Origin: Lama glama
Taxonomy: Eukaryota
DNA length: 64,000 nucleotides
Direction of reading: 5' to 3'
Assembly: GCA_028534125.1 (NCBI GenBank)
Contig: CM052818.1
Coordinates: 34,908,001-34,972,000, forward strand
Position 1 is the first letter of the stretch. Each line of letters starts with the position of its first letter. Shown in pieces: positions 38,909 through 51,230 of this stretch. The position numbers and the translations under genes are program-made. Under the pieces are notes generated by a model. That model worked only from the letters and a program-made list of their open reading frames with translations, was not told the origin of the DNA and did not search any database.

Positions 38909-39562
38909 GTTTCTTCCAGTTTTACTGTGCATTGTATAAGTTTAAGGTGTACACCATAATGATTTGACTTACCTACATCATGAAATGATTTCCACAATGT
39001 TTAGGGAACATCATCTCATATAGATACAAAATTAAATAAATAGAAAAAACTATTTTTTTTCTTGTGATGAGAATTCTTTTTTTTTTTTTAACTTTTGGGG
39101 GAGGTAAGTAGGTTTATTTATTTTTTTATTTTTTCTCCCCACGTCCCCTAGTTTTTTTAAATGGAGGTACTGGAGATTGAACCCAGGATGTTGTGCATGC
39201 TAAACATGTCCTCTACCACTAATCTATACCCTCCTGTGCTCAAGAATTATTAAGACGTACTTTCTTAACAACTTTTTTATCAACATACAGCAGTGTTAGT
39301 TGTATTTGTCGTGTCATACATCACATCCCTAGTACTTACTTATAAATGGAAGTTTGTACCTTTTGACTGCCTTCATCCAACCCAGTCCCTCCCACTTCCC
39401 TGATCCGTAACCACAAATCTGATCTCTTTTTCTGTAAGTTTGTTTGTTTCTTTGTTTTGCAGTATAATGGACTTACCACACTATGTTACTTCCTGGTACA
39501 CAAAAAGTGATTTAATATTTCTACACATTTCAAAATGATCACCACAGTAAGTCTAGTTATCA
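38909..39562 (-). mobile_element. 5'-truncated L1 3' end
   Basis: L1 3'-UTR phrases (GTATAAGTTTAAGGTGTAC, TAACCACAAATCTGATCTCTTTTTCT); TSD TTTACTTTTAG(G/A)ATTT at 38893-38908 and 39563-39578. Confidence 0.82.
39077..39234 (-). mobile_element. tRNA-Ala-derived SINE nested in an L1 3' end
   Basis: GGAGGTACTGGAGATTGAACCCAGG...CTCTACCACT...CTATACCCTCC preceded by a T tail. Confidence 0.88.
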
Positions 39563-40137
39563 TTTACTTTTAGAATTTTTAAAGAAACATATGACTGTTT
39601 GAAGACATTGTCAGGGTCCCTTACTGGACTGGCAAGCAGGGCATCCTGGGGTTTAAACTTCGATATCTTCATAATAAATCCACCTCAGTCCCCACAGGTG
39701 TAGGCAGAGCTTTTATGGCAGTGGTTCAAGGTAGACAGCAACTTTGCATTCCCCTTGGCACCCTAGCCCTGCCTTTTCTGTCCTCCCCTCCATACCACTT
39801 CAGCCCCAACTCTCATCCCAAAGACCTCTCTCCTCCTGCTAGAGAGAAAGTAAACAGGCAAATAATCACCATGGACAAATTTCTTAATGTACAACTTTTT
39901 TAAATTATAAGATTCATACATGCCAAGTCAGAAAATTTGAAATAAATGAGCATATATACACACAAGAAATTAAACAATACCTAGATAAATATTTTCAATA
40001 TTTTAATCTACGTATTGGGCCAATATTAAGAATGGGTAGCTCAGAGCTGTCCAACCCACCCTGGAACTCTGCCCAGCCTCTGTTCACAGGCAGCATTCAT
40101 GGAAGACTGAGCTTCTCCAGAATGTTGCGGCGTAGCC

Positions 40138-40195
40138 TGTGTGTGTGTGTGTGTGTGTGTTCGCACGCGCGCATGTGTGTCCATGCACATGCACT
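40138..40195. repeat. (TG)n microsatellite with an alternating purine-pyrimidine extension
   Basis: About 11 TG units, then CGCACGCGCGCATGTGTGT. Confidence 0.9.
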
Positions 40196-40390
40196 CATCT
40201 GGGCATACACAGGTATACACACTCACACTACACATCAGGTACTGGTATAATGTGTGATCTATTTGGCTGGCACTCTTCGCTTTCGAAGATGCATTTTAAA
40301 CACGCTTCCCCACATAGCCATGTGTTTGATCTCTCTCCAGAGAGAAGTGAAGTATGTAGAGATCCTACATACTCACACAGACGTTCATTT

Positions 40391-40489
40391 AAAAACAAAA
40401 AAAAATTTTAATGGAGATACTGGGGATTGAACCTAGGACCTCATGCATGCTAAGCATGTGTACTCTACCACTGAGCTATACCCCAAACT
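40391..40489 (-). mobile_element. tRNA-Ala-derived SINE
   Basis: GGAGATACTGGGGATTGAACCTAGGACC...CCACTGAGCTATACCCC; near-TSD AGACGTTCATTT / AGACATTCATTT. Confidence 0.88.
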
Positions 40490-42500
40490 AGACATTCATT
40501 TCTGATGCCTATGTGTGATGTCCTAATATGTGTGATGTCCCTTTCGCAAGCCAGTGCCGGCCCTGTAATGTAGCTGAGTAAAGAAGACCTTTATTTAAAA
40601 ATAAGCATAAAGTCTGATGACACAATTAAACTGCTCTCACGGGAGGGAATTTACATGCATGAGAACTGCCTGCCTTCCTTCCCCTCCACACCTATCTCTC
40701 CCCGCCCCTCTCTCTCTGTCTCTCGCCAGTAGCTCACAGCAGGTAAATCAGCACTTTAAGAAGAAAACAGAATATTTTTCATTTCTTGAGAGAGAAATGA
40801 TACTATATTTTACCTATTTACTTTTTAAATGAAGAATGAAGAACTAATAATGTATACATTTACATATAAAACACAGTTTTTATGTAAACCTAACAGTTAT
40901 ATGAAAAAGAACTGACTTCAGTTCTGCAATTTGGCTGGTTTCGTATTTGGCTGGTTAAGGTACTCTCAGAGAGAAGAAATGGGTTTGTAAAAAAGAGATA
41001 TAGAGAAAGAAAGCTGTGAGAGAGCTATCACCTTGAAAACAGGGCACTGGGAGAGGACCACACCCAAGAGCAAGGAAGTGGTGGGAGGTGAGCAGGAACC
41101 GGAGAGGAAGGGCTTTGTGCTCAAGCACCGACTCGACTCTCCAGGGTCCTGGGAGCTAAAGCAAGTGAAAGCTGACCTTTGAATCCTTTTGACTCGGGCA
41201 GGAATTTCCATGGCATCTCTGTAAAGGAAAACAGGTTTTCTGCTTTTACTATTAACTTTTGAAACTTCATGCTAAAACAATGGTTTAATTCCCCAGGGAA
41301 TTCTAAAAGTTTTGCAGCCCTGGAAGGCATGACTTGTGCTTCAGATATTCTCCTTCCTGAGCGCACCTGTCAGTGGAGCGGTGTGACAGCTCCCTTTGAT
41401 CTGCAGAAGCTGCCTGACTCATCTTTGTTCTCGCAGAGATCAGGGCTGTCGTGTGCCACGGTACTGACAGCGCACATTTGTACGTGGCCCTTTCCCCTTG
41501 TCAGCTTCAACCCACATTCTGATTGCATTTCGTCCTAGTAGCATGAGATGCAGTGGAAATGATAATACAAACAGTTCAGGGAAAATGACCCAAAGGAATA
41601 AATTGATTTTTGCCCTCAGTGCAGCAGGGAAGAGGCATTCGTCACTCCCAGGCTCTCCCAGCTACCAGATCCCCAACCAACTCCTCACACCTCCCAGGGG
41701 AATGGCAGAGCTCCCTGGCCGCCCCAACTCCATTTGCTTTACAAAGAGAAAATAATTCGGGAGCTGTTGAAAACCTGCATTCTCTCTGAAAAGGGGGAGA
41801 GAAGGGAGGAGTGAAATATTTAAAAAGAGAGCTAGAGAATGAAGAGGGATACGATATCCAAAAATACTCAACTGACAGGCGCTTACGTACACCCCCACGT
41901 ACTTACACAAACCCCTGTTACCAACTAGAAGATGGAATCCAGTTTGGAAATGATAATTTACAGTATCCGTCAATTCATCGGTAAAAGGAAGGATTATAAT
42001 CATGGCGTTTCAGAAAGGACGAGAGCTTCATTCATTCACTCATTCTATGACTACTTGCTGATTACCTACAAGAAGCAAAGTGTTATGCTAAGTGTCACTC
42101 CCATCAGCAATTCCTCACCACCGCATAGCTCCCATTTCTCCCCATTTCCACTCCCACTTCCCCTCCCCCCATCAGCCTTGCCCAGGATGCGCAACAGCAT
42201 CCTGGCTGGTCTGCCAGCTTCTCCCTTTACTTTCACTCCCCTTCCTGCCCCCACGACACACTCTCCACTCAATAGCCAAAAAAAAAAATTTCATGGCAAA
42301 TAGTTTATATGTAAAATGTGAAATAAGATCATACAAGTCCCCTACTTAAAACTCTCCCGTGGCTTTACGTTGCCCCTTAAAAACTGGACTTTCTACAACA
42401 GTCTGCAGTATCCTACACGATCTGATTCCTGTCTACTTCTGTGACAATCTTACATCACTCTTCCCTCTTTAAAATACTCTGCAGCTACCCTGGCACTTTT

Positions 42501-42600
42501 TGTTTGTTTGTTCGTTTGTTTGTTTTGTTTTAACAATGAAGTTTTATTCTTCAATAACAATCTTTTTTTTTTTAAAGTTGAAGTATAGTTGATTTACAAT
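42501..42600 (-). mobile_element. Very short L1 3'-end insertion with extra 3' sequence
   Basis: L1 end 42574-42600, T11, about 32 nt of unique sequence, (TTTG)n tail; TSD TACCCTGGC(A/C)CTTTT at 42486-42500 and 42601-42615. Confidence 0.8.
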
Positions 42601-42880
42601 TACCCTGGCCCTTTTAATGTTTTATTTTGCCCCTCAGATATGCTGTGCTTGTTCCCTGTTCAGGACCTTTGCACTTGGGGTGCCCTTCCCCTAGATGTGT
42701 AGATGGCCAGCTCCTTTTCACCTTTCAGGTCTCAAATCAAATATCACCTTCTCAGGGAGGTTTTCCCAGGCCACCCAGACTAAACTGGCTACTTTTTCTA
42801 CTCTGTTACCCTTTTCTATTTTCTAAAACATAGAACTTACAATTACCTGAAGATATTTTATTTATTTGGTTGTTGACATA

Positions 42881-43065
42881 TTAGTTCTCAGTCTGGTCCC
42901 GGGACCAGCAGGTTTAGCATCACCTGGGAACTTACCAGAAGTACATATTCTCCGGCCCTACTCCAGGCCTCCTGAATTGGACATTCTGGGGGTGAGGCCC
43001 AGAGATCTGTAGTTTCACAAACCCTCCAGGTGATTCTGATGAAAAATAAAATTTGAGAACCACTG
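42881..43065. mobile_element. MER5A-like hAT-Charlie MITE
   Basis: AGTTCTCA...GGACCAGCAG...CATCACCTGGGAACTT...CCCTCCAGGTGATTCTGATG...TTTGAGAACCACTG. Confidence 0.85.
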
Positions 43066-45527
43066 GCTTATCACGATTATTGCTTCTCTCTCTCATTACC
43101 CTCAGAATGTAAATCCAAGAGAATTGGAAGTCCAGCTGTCTGGTTTGACACAATGCTACCAGCACCAAACACGTAGCAGCCACTCAATAAATCATTGTTG
43201 AATGGTGACAGATTGAGTGAAAGAGTGATCTGGTGCCCTGAGCTCTGTGTTGCGGGGGCCACATGGGACATATTTAGCAGACAGCCAGTGGAACTGGGCC
43301 CCAGGGGTCTGCTTGCCACCTTCCACGAGAGCTTTTATCTGTACAACATATTGATTTTGCAGGCTAGATAAACCTGAATAAGGAGTTCTGAGGTTAAAGA
43401 AACACTGGAAAACTACAGTTCAAACAGTTATGAATTACAGCTTAGAAACTGGGAGCATGTTCCAAGGTCCTTCTCAGAGAACCAGAAGGTTTGTAGCTTG
43501 TATCCAATTAGAGGACAAGGATAATATCCTTTTCTTTTCAGTTCTGAACAGCTCTTACAACACTAATCCCAGAGCAGGCTGCTGATTGACAAAGTGGCTT
43601 TCTCTTCCCTCAGCCTTTCTGCTTTATATCAATCCTGGAATCTAAAAAAAAAAAGGCTCTAACCCAATTAATCCTGCCTCCAGTGATTTCCAAAAGCTTT
43701 CAGATTGAAACACCAGGTCAACCCCCAACTCAGATCAGGGAGGAAAAACACCATCTTTGCAAAAGACATTGAACTTTAGAAAAGGTTAGATCAACAAGCA
43801 GAACAATGGCAAGGCCTCGGGAACCTCTCCTTGGAAATAATATGCTGGCTCAAAGCAAACACTAGGGGCCAGGCACCACGCTAAGCACTGGGGTTACAAG
43901 GACCAGGAGTATAAGGTTCATGTCTTCAAGGAGCTCACAGTGTGGAGGAGAGCCAGGCATGTACACAGATAGAACAGAGTGTTAGCAATGAGATAATGAC
44001 TAACTGCCTGGTTTTCCAAAGGAAAGATTCCCGGATGAGGTGATATTTGAACAGATCTGGAGAGCTGTGTCTTGCTTGGTAGGAAAGAAAGGGCAATCCA
44101 AGCAGAGGAGACCAAAAATGTGAATGCACAGAGGTGAAAAAGGGCAGGGAAGGGTTAAAAATGGCTAAGAGAAATGACTGCATTGGTTAAAAGGTAGATA
44201 TACACATTTAGAGAAATTTGAATGCTGACTGGCTATTTGATATTAGGGATTCTTGTTACCTTTTAAAGGTATGATAATGATTAGTGGTTATGTTGTATCT
44301 TATGTTTCGGGGATACATATTGAAATATGATTTCTGGATACAATTACATGGTAGCTGAAATTTGCTTCAGAATAACAGGGGAAGTGCAGGAGAGGGTATG
44401 AATAAAGATGAAATGAGGTTGGCCCTGAATATTTGTTATGCTATTATTGTTGTATTGCTATTATACTATTTTTTATATTTCTGTATATATTTGGAATTTT
44501 CTAAAACAAAAAGTTGAGAGACACAGTAACTACCATTATAATAAGCAGTCAACAAACATGTTTCTTTTCTTGCTCTCTTTGATGTGTCGTTAGAGGCGAT
44601 CCCCATACTACTTCTTATAAGGACAAGCTAGAGGAAGAAGCTAAGTGAGTCCACTGAAGCTTTTCCTAACTGAGCCCTGCTTCCCAAAGATACTGGGTCT
44701 CCCACTACTTGAAGCAAGGGCCACAAGAGTTGCCCTTCCTTACTGTCACACATGGGAGGGGTTATTGGTCTCCAAAGTATTTGCAGGTTTATTTCCAGGG
44801 AATCCTGCTGAAGGCCAATTTGAGATGAGACATCCTTGATTAGGGCTCTGCTGGAGCTCCAGCTCCTGGGCTCACAGAAGGGCAGACAAGTCAGCCTCCT
44901 TGGGTTTGCCTTTCTCTTTTACAAGAACTAAGCTCAGGCAGGCAAGCAGCATCCCTGGGGAATCTTTTGCACTTGGGCGTAGCTAGAACACAACTTGTAA
45001 GTGAGGAAAGCATCCTTAGGGAACTTCAGTGGAGCATAGCAGGAGGAAAAGCTCTTATCCATCACTTTTGGTCCTCTGACAGACCACTTAGGCAAAATTG
45101 GAGGAAAAAAAAAAAAGATTGTGTGGGAGAAGTTGGATATAGAGTATAATCATTGCTTCTTTCCAAAGTAAGTCTCGGCGGGAATCGGAATTCCCAGGCA
45201 GGGCTGAACTGCTTTATAGGTAGAATAGATGACTCGCTCGTGCCTGATTTGAGGGACCTGAGAGTAGATTCTGAAAACAACTTCGTTAAATACCACAGGG
45301 AACAGAAATATCACCATTAGAAGTATTTCTTTGGTATTAAAATTCACAGGGGGAAATGCATTGTGTATTTATCAGTTACAATTATTATTCATAATTCTCT
45401 GCTAATGATGTCTTAAATTCATGTGGCATTCTGAAGCTTATAAATCATTTTGATTTGCCTTATCTCATCCATTTCTCACGAAGGACCTCTACGTTAGCAG
45501 GTAAGAGTTTTTCCATTTTTCCCCAGA

Positions 45528-45680
45528 TTTTTTTTTTTTTAGTTAAAAAAAAGTATTTATTTATTTTAGTGGGGAGGTAGTTAGGTTTATTTATTTATTT
45601 TCAGAGGAGGTACTGGGGATTGAATGTAGGACCTTGTGTGTGCTAAGTATGTGCTCTACCACTTGAGCTATCCACCCTCC
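45528..45680 (-). mobile_element. tRNA-Ala-derived SINE
   Basis: GGAGGTACTGGGGATTGAA...CTCTACCACTTGAGCTAT; TTCCCCAGAT on both sides. Confidence 0.88.
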
Positions 45681-45759
45681 TCCATTCCCCAGATCTTATA
45701 GCTTCTGGGGCTTGAATTCAAACTTTTAAACCCCCAGAATAATGCTGTTTTCTAAATGT

Positions 45760-46830
45760 TTCAGTTAAGTATCACTGTATAACAAACTACCGCCAAACTT
45801 ATTAATTCTCATATTCTGTGGGTTGCGCTGGGCAGTTCTAATTTTGCATGGAGTCATTCTTACAGCTGCACTGGACTAGTGGCTGGACTGCAGCTGTCTA
45901 CTGGGGTCCCTTGCTTCCCACTGGCCTCTCCACGCGGCTAGCTTCGACTTCCCCACAGCATGGGGAGGGGGCGGTTAGGTTAGTTGGACTTAGGCAACAA
46001 GCTTCCAAGAATGAAAGTGGAGGTTCTACTTTCGGCTTTTGGCTCGGAGGAGGCCAAGCTGCAACTTTCTTCAGTCGTCCAGAATCCGGGTTCATCTGAC
46101 ACCAGCTGCCTCCACCATGCTGCCTAAGTTCGACCCCAACGAGATCAAAGTCGTATACCTGAGGTGCACTGGTGGAGAAGTCGGTGCCATATCTGCCTTG
46201 GCCCCAAAGATCGGTCCCCCGGGTCTGTTTCCAAAAAAAGTTGGTGATGATATTGCCAAAGCGACTGGAGATTGGAAGGGTCTGAGGATGACAGTGAAAC
46301 TGACCATTCAGAACAGACAGGCCCAGATTGAGGTGGTACCTTCTTCTTCTGCCCTGATGATCAAAGCCCTCAAGGAACCCCAAGAGACAGAAAGAAGCAG
46401 AAAAACACTAAGCACAGTGGAAACATCACTTTTGATGAGATTGTCAACACTGCCCGACAGATGCGGCACTGGTCCCTCGCTAGAGAGCTCTCTGGAACCA
46501 TTAAGGAGGTCCTGGGGACTGCCCAGTCTGTGGGCTGCAATGTTGGTGGCTGCCACCCTCATGACATCATAGAGAACATCAACGGTGGTGCAGAGGAATG
46601 CCCGGCGAGTTAAGAACTACAAAGGAAAATGATTTAATAAAGGGTTATTTGACAACAACAGAAAAAAAAAAGTGGAGGTTCTAAGGCCTCTTAAGATCTG
46701 GATTCAGAGACTCAGAACACTACTTCTTCCACATTCTATTGGTCAAACCAAGACACAAAGTCAATGCAGATTGAAAGAGAGAGAAATCAGACCCTCTTTT
46801 GATGGGAGGAGTTGTAAGAAATATTATAAA
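45760..46830. mobile_element. MLT1-type (MaLR) LTR remnant split by the RPL12 retrocopy
   Basis: TGTATAACAAACTACCGCCAAACTTA on the left; CTTCCACATTCTATTGGTCAAA...TTGATGGGAGGAG on the right. Confidence 0.7.
46029..46668 (+). pseudogene. RPL12: Processed pseudogene of ribosomal protein L12 (uL11)
   Basis: Intronless. ATG at 46117 ([34 protein letters not shown]...), ancestral stop TAA at 46611-46613, 1-nt deletion near 46378-46381, AATAAA 46636-46641, short A tail, TSD AAAGTGGAGGTTCTA at 46014-46028 and 46669-46683. Confidence 0.97.
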
Positions 46831-48489
46831 GGAGTATGGATACACAAGGAGGCATGAGGCCTGATTCATTGGAAATCTTTTTCTTTCTTTCTTTCTTCAA
46901 AAAAAAAAGTCTTATTTTGTAGGAAAGTTTTAGATTACAGAATAATTATGTAGGTAATTCAGAGTTTCCGTATACTCTCTACCTGCTATTAATCTCTTAC
47001 TGTAATATGATATCTTTGTTACAGTTAATGAATCAATATTGATGGAACATTAACAGCTCAAGTCCATACTTTATTCAGATTTCCTTGAATTTTGCCTAAT
47101 GTCCTTCTGTTCCAGGATTCCATCCCGAATGTGACATCATACTTCATCAGCATGTCTCCTTACACTCCTTTTGGCTGTCACGGTTTCTCAGACTTTCCTT
47201 GTTTTTGATGACCTTGCCAGGATTACCGGTCAGGTATTTTGTTGAGTGGTTCCTCAACTGGGCTTTGTCTGATGTTTTCCTTGTGATTAGACTATGGGTT
47301 TTGGGGAAGAAGACCACAGAGGCAAAGTGTCATTTGTTTTGTTTTGTTTTATTTTGAAATATATAAGAACTTTATTTTTGTTTGACTGAAACATTATGCT
47401 GTACACCAAGGACTAATGTGACACGAAGTGTCGTTTTTATCACATCATATTAAGAGTACATACTATTAACATGACTCATCAGTGTTGATTTGACCTTGAT
47501 TTCCTGGCTGAGGGAGTGCTTGTCCACTGTCAGTTTACTCTTTTTTTTTAACCTTCTTTCCACACCATGCTCTTCAGAAGGAGGTCACTATGTACATCTC
47601 ACACCTAAGTGGTGGACAGTCATGCTCTCCTTGATGGGAGACCAACATCTACATAAATTATTTGGAATTCTTCTGCATGGGAACTCTGTCTCTTCTCCTC
47701 TGTGCATTATTTTTTTAGTAATTTATTTGTCAGTATGGACTCCTAGAATTTATTTTACACTTTCGGTTATTTATTTTGTTGATCAAATTTTTGGCAACCA
47801 TGTTTAATAAACTATGTCACTACACTATAAAAGTAGAATAGGATTTTTTTTAACTTTAAAAAATATTACACACATAGAGAAAACTGTACAAACCTCAAGC
47901 ATACTACCTGATGAATTTTCAGAGACACTCATGTAATCAGAATCTAGATAAAGAAACAAATGATTCTAGCTGTCCAGAAACCCCCCTCATCCTGCTTGTC
48001 AGTCATTAACTCCCACAAGAGTAACCACTATCCTGACTTTTTTTTAAATTGAAGTATAGTCTGTTTACAACGTATCAGTTTCTGGTGTACAGCATAATGT
48101 TTCAGTCATATGTATCCATACATATATTCTTTCTCATTATAGGTTACTACAAGATATTAAGTATAGTTCCCTGTGCTATACAGTATCAACTTGTTATTTA
48201 TCTGTTTTATATATAGTAGTTAGTATCTGCAAATCTTAAACTCCCTATTTATCTGACTTCTGATAGTATGGATTCCTGTGGTCTGCTGTTACACTTAACA
48301 TAGACGGAATTATACAGTATGCACTCTTCCATTTCCCTGGCTTCTTTCACTCATTATGATGTTTGTAAGATTCACTCATGTTGCTATGCTTTGTTGTAGA
48401 GCAGGCATTCTCATTGTGCAGAGTTTTCATCTTCAGGCCACCTCACCCCATTGGGAAATGGGCTAGGTTTCCCAAACTTATTTGATTGC

Positions 48490-51230
48490 TGTCTTAGGTT
48501 GAAGTTCTCAAAAACAGACCCTGAGACCAGAACATAAGTACAAATAGTCCATTGGGAGTTGAGCTCAGAAAGTGCCAGTCAGGGAGTGATGAAGGAAATA
48601 CAGAAGAGAGAAAGCCAGGCAGAGGAGTTGACGAGCATCTGGAGCTCAGTTCCTCAAGGTCCTCCATGGGGTTCTCCCCAGGAGTCCTCCACTGGGTCCT
48701 CCACGAGGTCCTCTGAGAGACTGTGCAGAACTTATCTCAGAGCTGTCCCCCAGACAAACAAAGAAGCTGGGGTATTTACATACCAACTCCTTTCAATTAT
48801 TGCTGGAGAGCTAAGTACATTAACACTGTGGCAATTACAGTCAGCTTCCAGTGTGGGTTAAAGGTGCACCTACAGCCAGAGAAAGCCGGTAGGCACAGGG
48901 TTGCAGGTGCCAGCAGGAAAGTCATTAGAGTGAGGGGAGGTCTATGCCAAGGGAATGGGTGCAGGGCAAATGTTATTCTTTGTTCCACTCTGATCTTGTA
49001 AAATTAAGTCCATTTTGCTGTTGATACTTTAAGGTGGTAGTCAGCAGCAATATCCAAAATAAAAATTAACTGACAGATACAAAGTATGTATCGAAACGAT
49101 AAAAATTTTTAAAAAGTGGTGGCCAGAAAGGGTGATTTGGGGATGTGGAATGAGTATTTTCATACTTTGATGGTAGAAATCTGAATTGTTTAGTTTTTAT
49201 GGAATGGGATCTGGCAATGTCTGTTAAAAGCAGGTATTCCAGAGACGATGGATGCTCATTAAACGTATTGTGGTCATCATTCCTTGATGTACATAAATCA
49301 AATCATTATGTTGTACACCTTAAACATAGACAGTGCTGTATGTCAGTTATATCTCAATAAAACTAGGGAAAATAGGTATTTCATTGCAACGACTGGATAA
49401 ATAAGTTCTGGAAATTTGTACCTGCAGCTGTATTGTTATTTTGTTTGTCATTCCCCTCCTCTCCCACTCATTCTGGATTCCCCTCACCCTCAGTCAACAT
49501 TTTTGCTGGTCTTGGTTACTTGCCTTCATCCTTGAGGAGTTTCAGATCTCTATCCTTGAGGGATCTGAGTCTTTGGTTACTGAGCCTTTGCCTGAGAACC
49601 AAGTGCTCCAGTCCAGTAGATCCTTCAACAGAGAGCCATGCTGGTGTTTTGAGTCTCCTGGTATCAGTGCTAACTCAGAGGTCTTGAAAGATCTGGATAT
49701 TCCCTTTCCCCCATTGTTCAGTTATTCTAGTAAGTGACCATAAGTCCTTTTGTGGATAGATTAAGGGAAGCAATACTGTATTATTGCAGCATTTTAAGGT
49801 TCGTCCTCAAGGGGACTGGATGTCTCCTTCAATTGATGGGCTCTAGGTGTGAGAATTGACCCAGGTCTGGAAACTCGGTGAGGGATTATGATTTTCCGTC
49901 ATAGTGGCTGACCTCAGCTTTCTTCTCACTCGTATTAGTTCTATATTGCCACGTAATAAATTACCACAGACTCGGAAGCTTAAACCCTATGTTATTATCT
50001 TACAGTTTCTCTAGGTCAGAAATCTAGGCATGGCTCCACTGGATCATCCACTTGAGTCCTCACAAGGTTGTAATCAAGGTGTCAGATGGGCTATGTTCTT
50101 TTCTGGAACTCCTTTCTGGATGGAACTCCTTTCTGGAGCCTGCAGTACTCTTCCAATTGACATAGTTGTTGGTTGAACTCAGTTCCTTGCAGTTATAGGA
50201 CAAAGGGGGATGCTCCTGGCACAGGGCCCTCTCTCTTATAGGCAGTTCTCTTTTCACTAGCTTGCTTCTTCAAGGCCACCAGGAGGATCTCCCAGTCCAG
50301 TTGGTTAAGTCTTTTATAATGTAACCTAATTAAGGAAGTGACTGTCCCATCACCTTTGCCACCCATACTTTACTGGCTAGAAGCAGGACACAGGTTCTCA
50401 AGGACAGGGGATTACATTAAAGTATGACTCATGCAGGGAGGTGGCTTACCTTAGGGTGTGTCTGTGCATCTGCCATATTCATTCTTGGTCTTTCTTTGAT
50501 TATATAAGTTTGGCAGTAGCCTTGTTGTCTACACAAGTATCTTGTTCCCAGGAACACCATGGTCTATTAGCCATTGACCCTTGACTCTGTTGATGAGTTG
50601 ATGATCTTGTGACTTGCTTTGACCAATAAAAATGGCAAAATTGATACTATGTCAGCTTCAGAGCCTAGGCTTTGAGATGCCATGCATCTTTTGCCTTTGC
50701 CCTTTTGCTATGCAGAGTTCTCCACTGGACAAGGAAGGTGGTCTAGTCCAGGAAAGGGGAAAAAACTAGGTGGAGGAATACCAAAGTGTCCCAAGCCAAC
50801 AGCCAAATTCAACTGCAAGACATGTAAGTGATACCAGCTTGAACCTTTCAGCCCAGCTAATTCTGCAGTTGAATGCAGCTACTTGAGTGAGCCCAGGCAA
50901 AACCAGAAGAGAAACCACCCAGCCCACCCACAGAATCAAGAGAAATAAGAAATCATTGTTGTCTTAAACCACTGGTTTTGGGGTGGTTTATTACACAGCA
51001 ATACGTAACTGAAATACATATCTCTACACCAACTCTGGTCAATCATTGTTTGATGGTTGCTCCTAGGGGCACTAGGACCCTGAGTTTTCTGGACTGCCTT
51101 GCTCCTGAGTCAAGCATGCTCCAGCAATCGGGGAAAACTCTCAGGCAGAGAGTCTCAGATGTTTGCAGAAAGGAGCTGCCAGCAAATACAGGAACGCTGA
51201 GTGTTGAGCAGATATGACGGAGACCAGCCT
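48490..51230. mobile_element. Cluster of ERVL/MaLR LTR fragments with a short L1 3' end (about 49240-49370)
   Basis: MLT-like phrases (GTAATAAATTACCACAGACTCGGAAGCTTAAA, TTGGGGTGGTTTATTACACAGCAATACGTAACTGAAATA). Confidence 0.65.

Larger units (their letters stand above)
37580..39690. mobile_element. Ancient hAT-Tip100-like (Zaphod/MER115-like) DNA transposon fossil, interrupted by L1 and SINE
   Basis: The ends resemble recalled Tip100-type termini (AGATTTGCAGG...CTTATACAATTT; TTCATAATAAATCCACCTC) around an AT-rich interior. The family call is from memory only. Confidence 0.5.

Noticed and set aside
48655..48715. Short GGTCCTCCA-like repeats as a CRISPR-like or structured array
   Set aside because: Only 4-5 degenerate units of about 10 bp without unique spacers, inside an LTR remnant of a mammalian genome.
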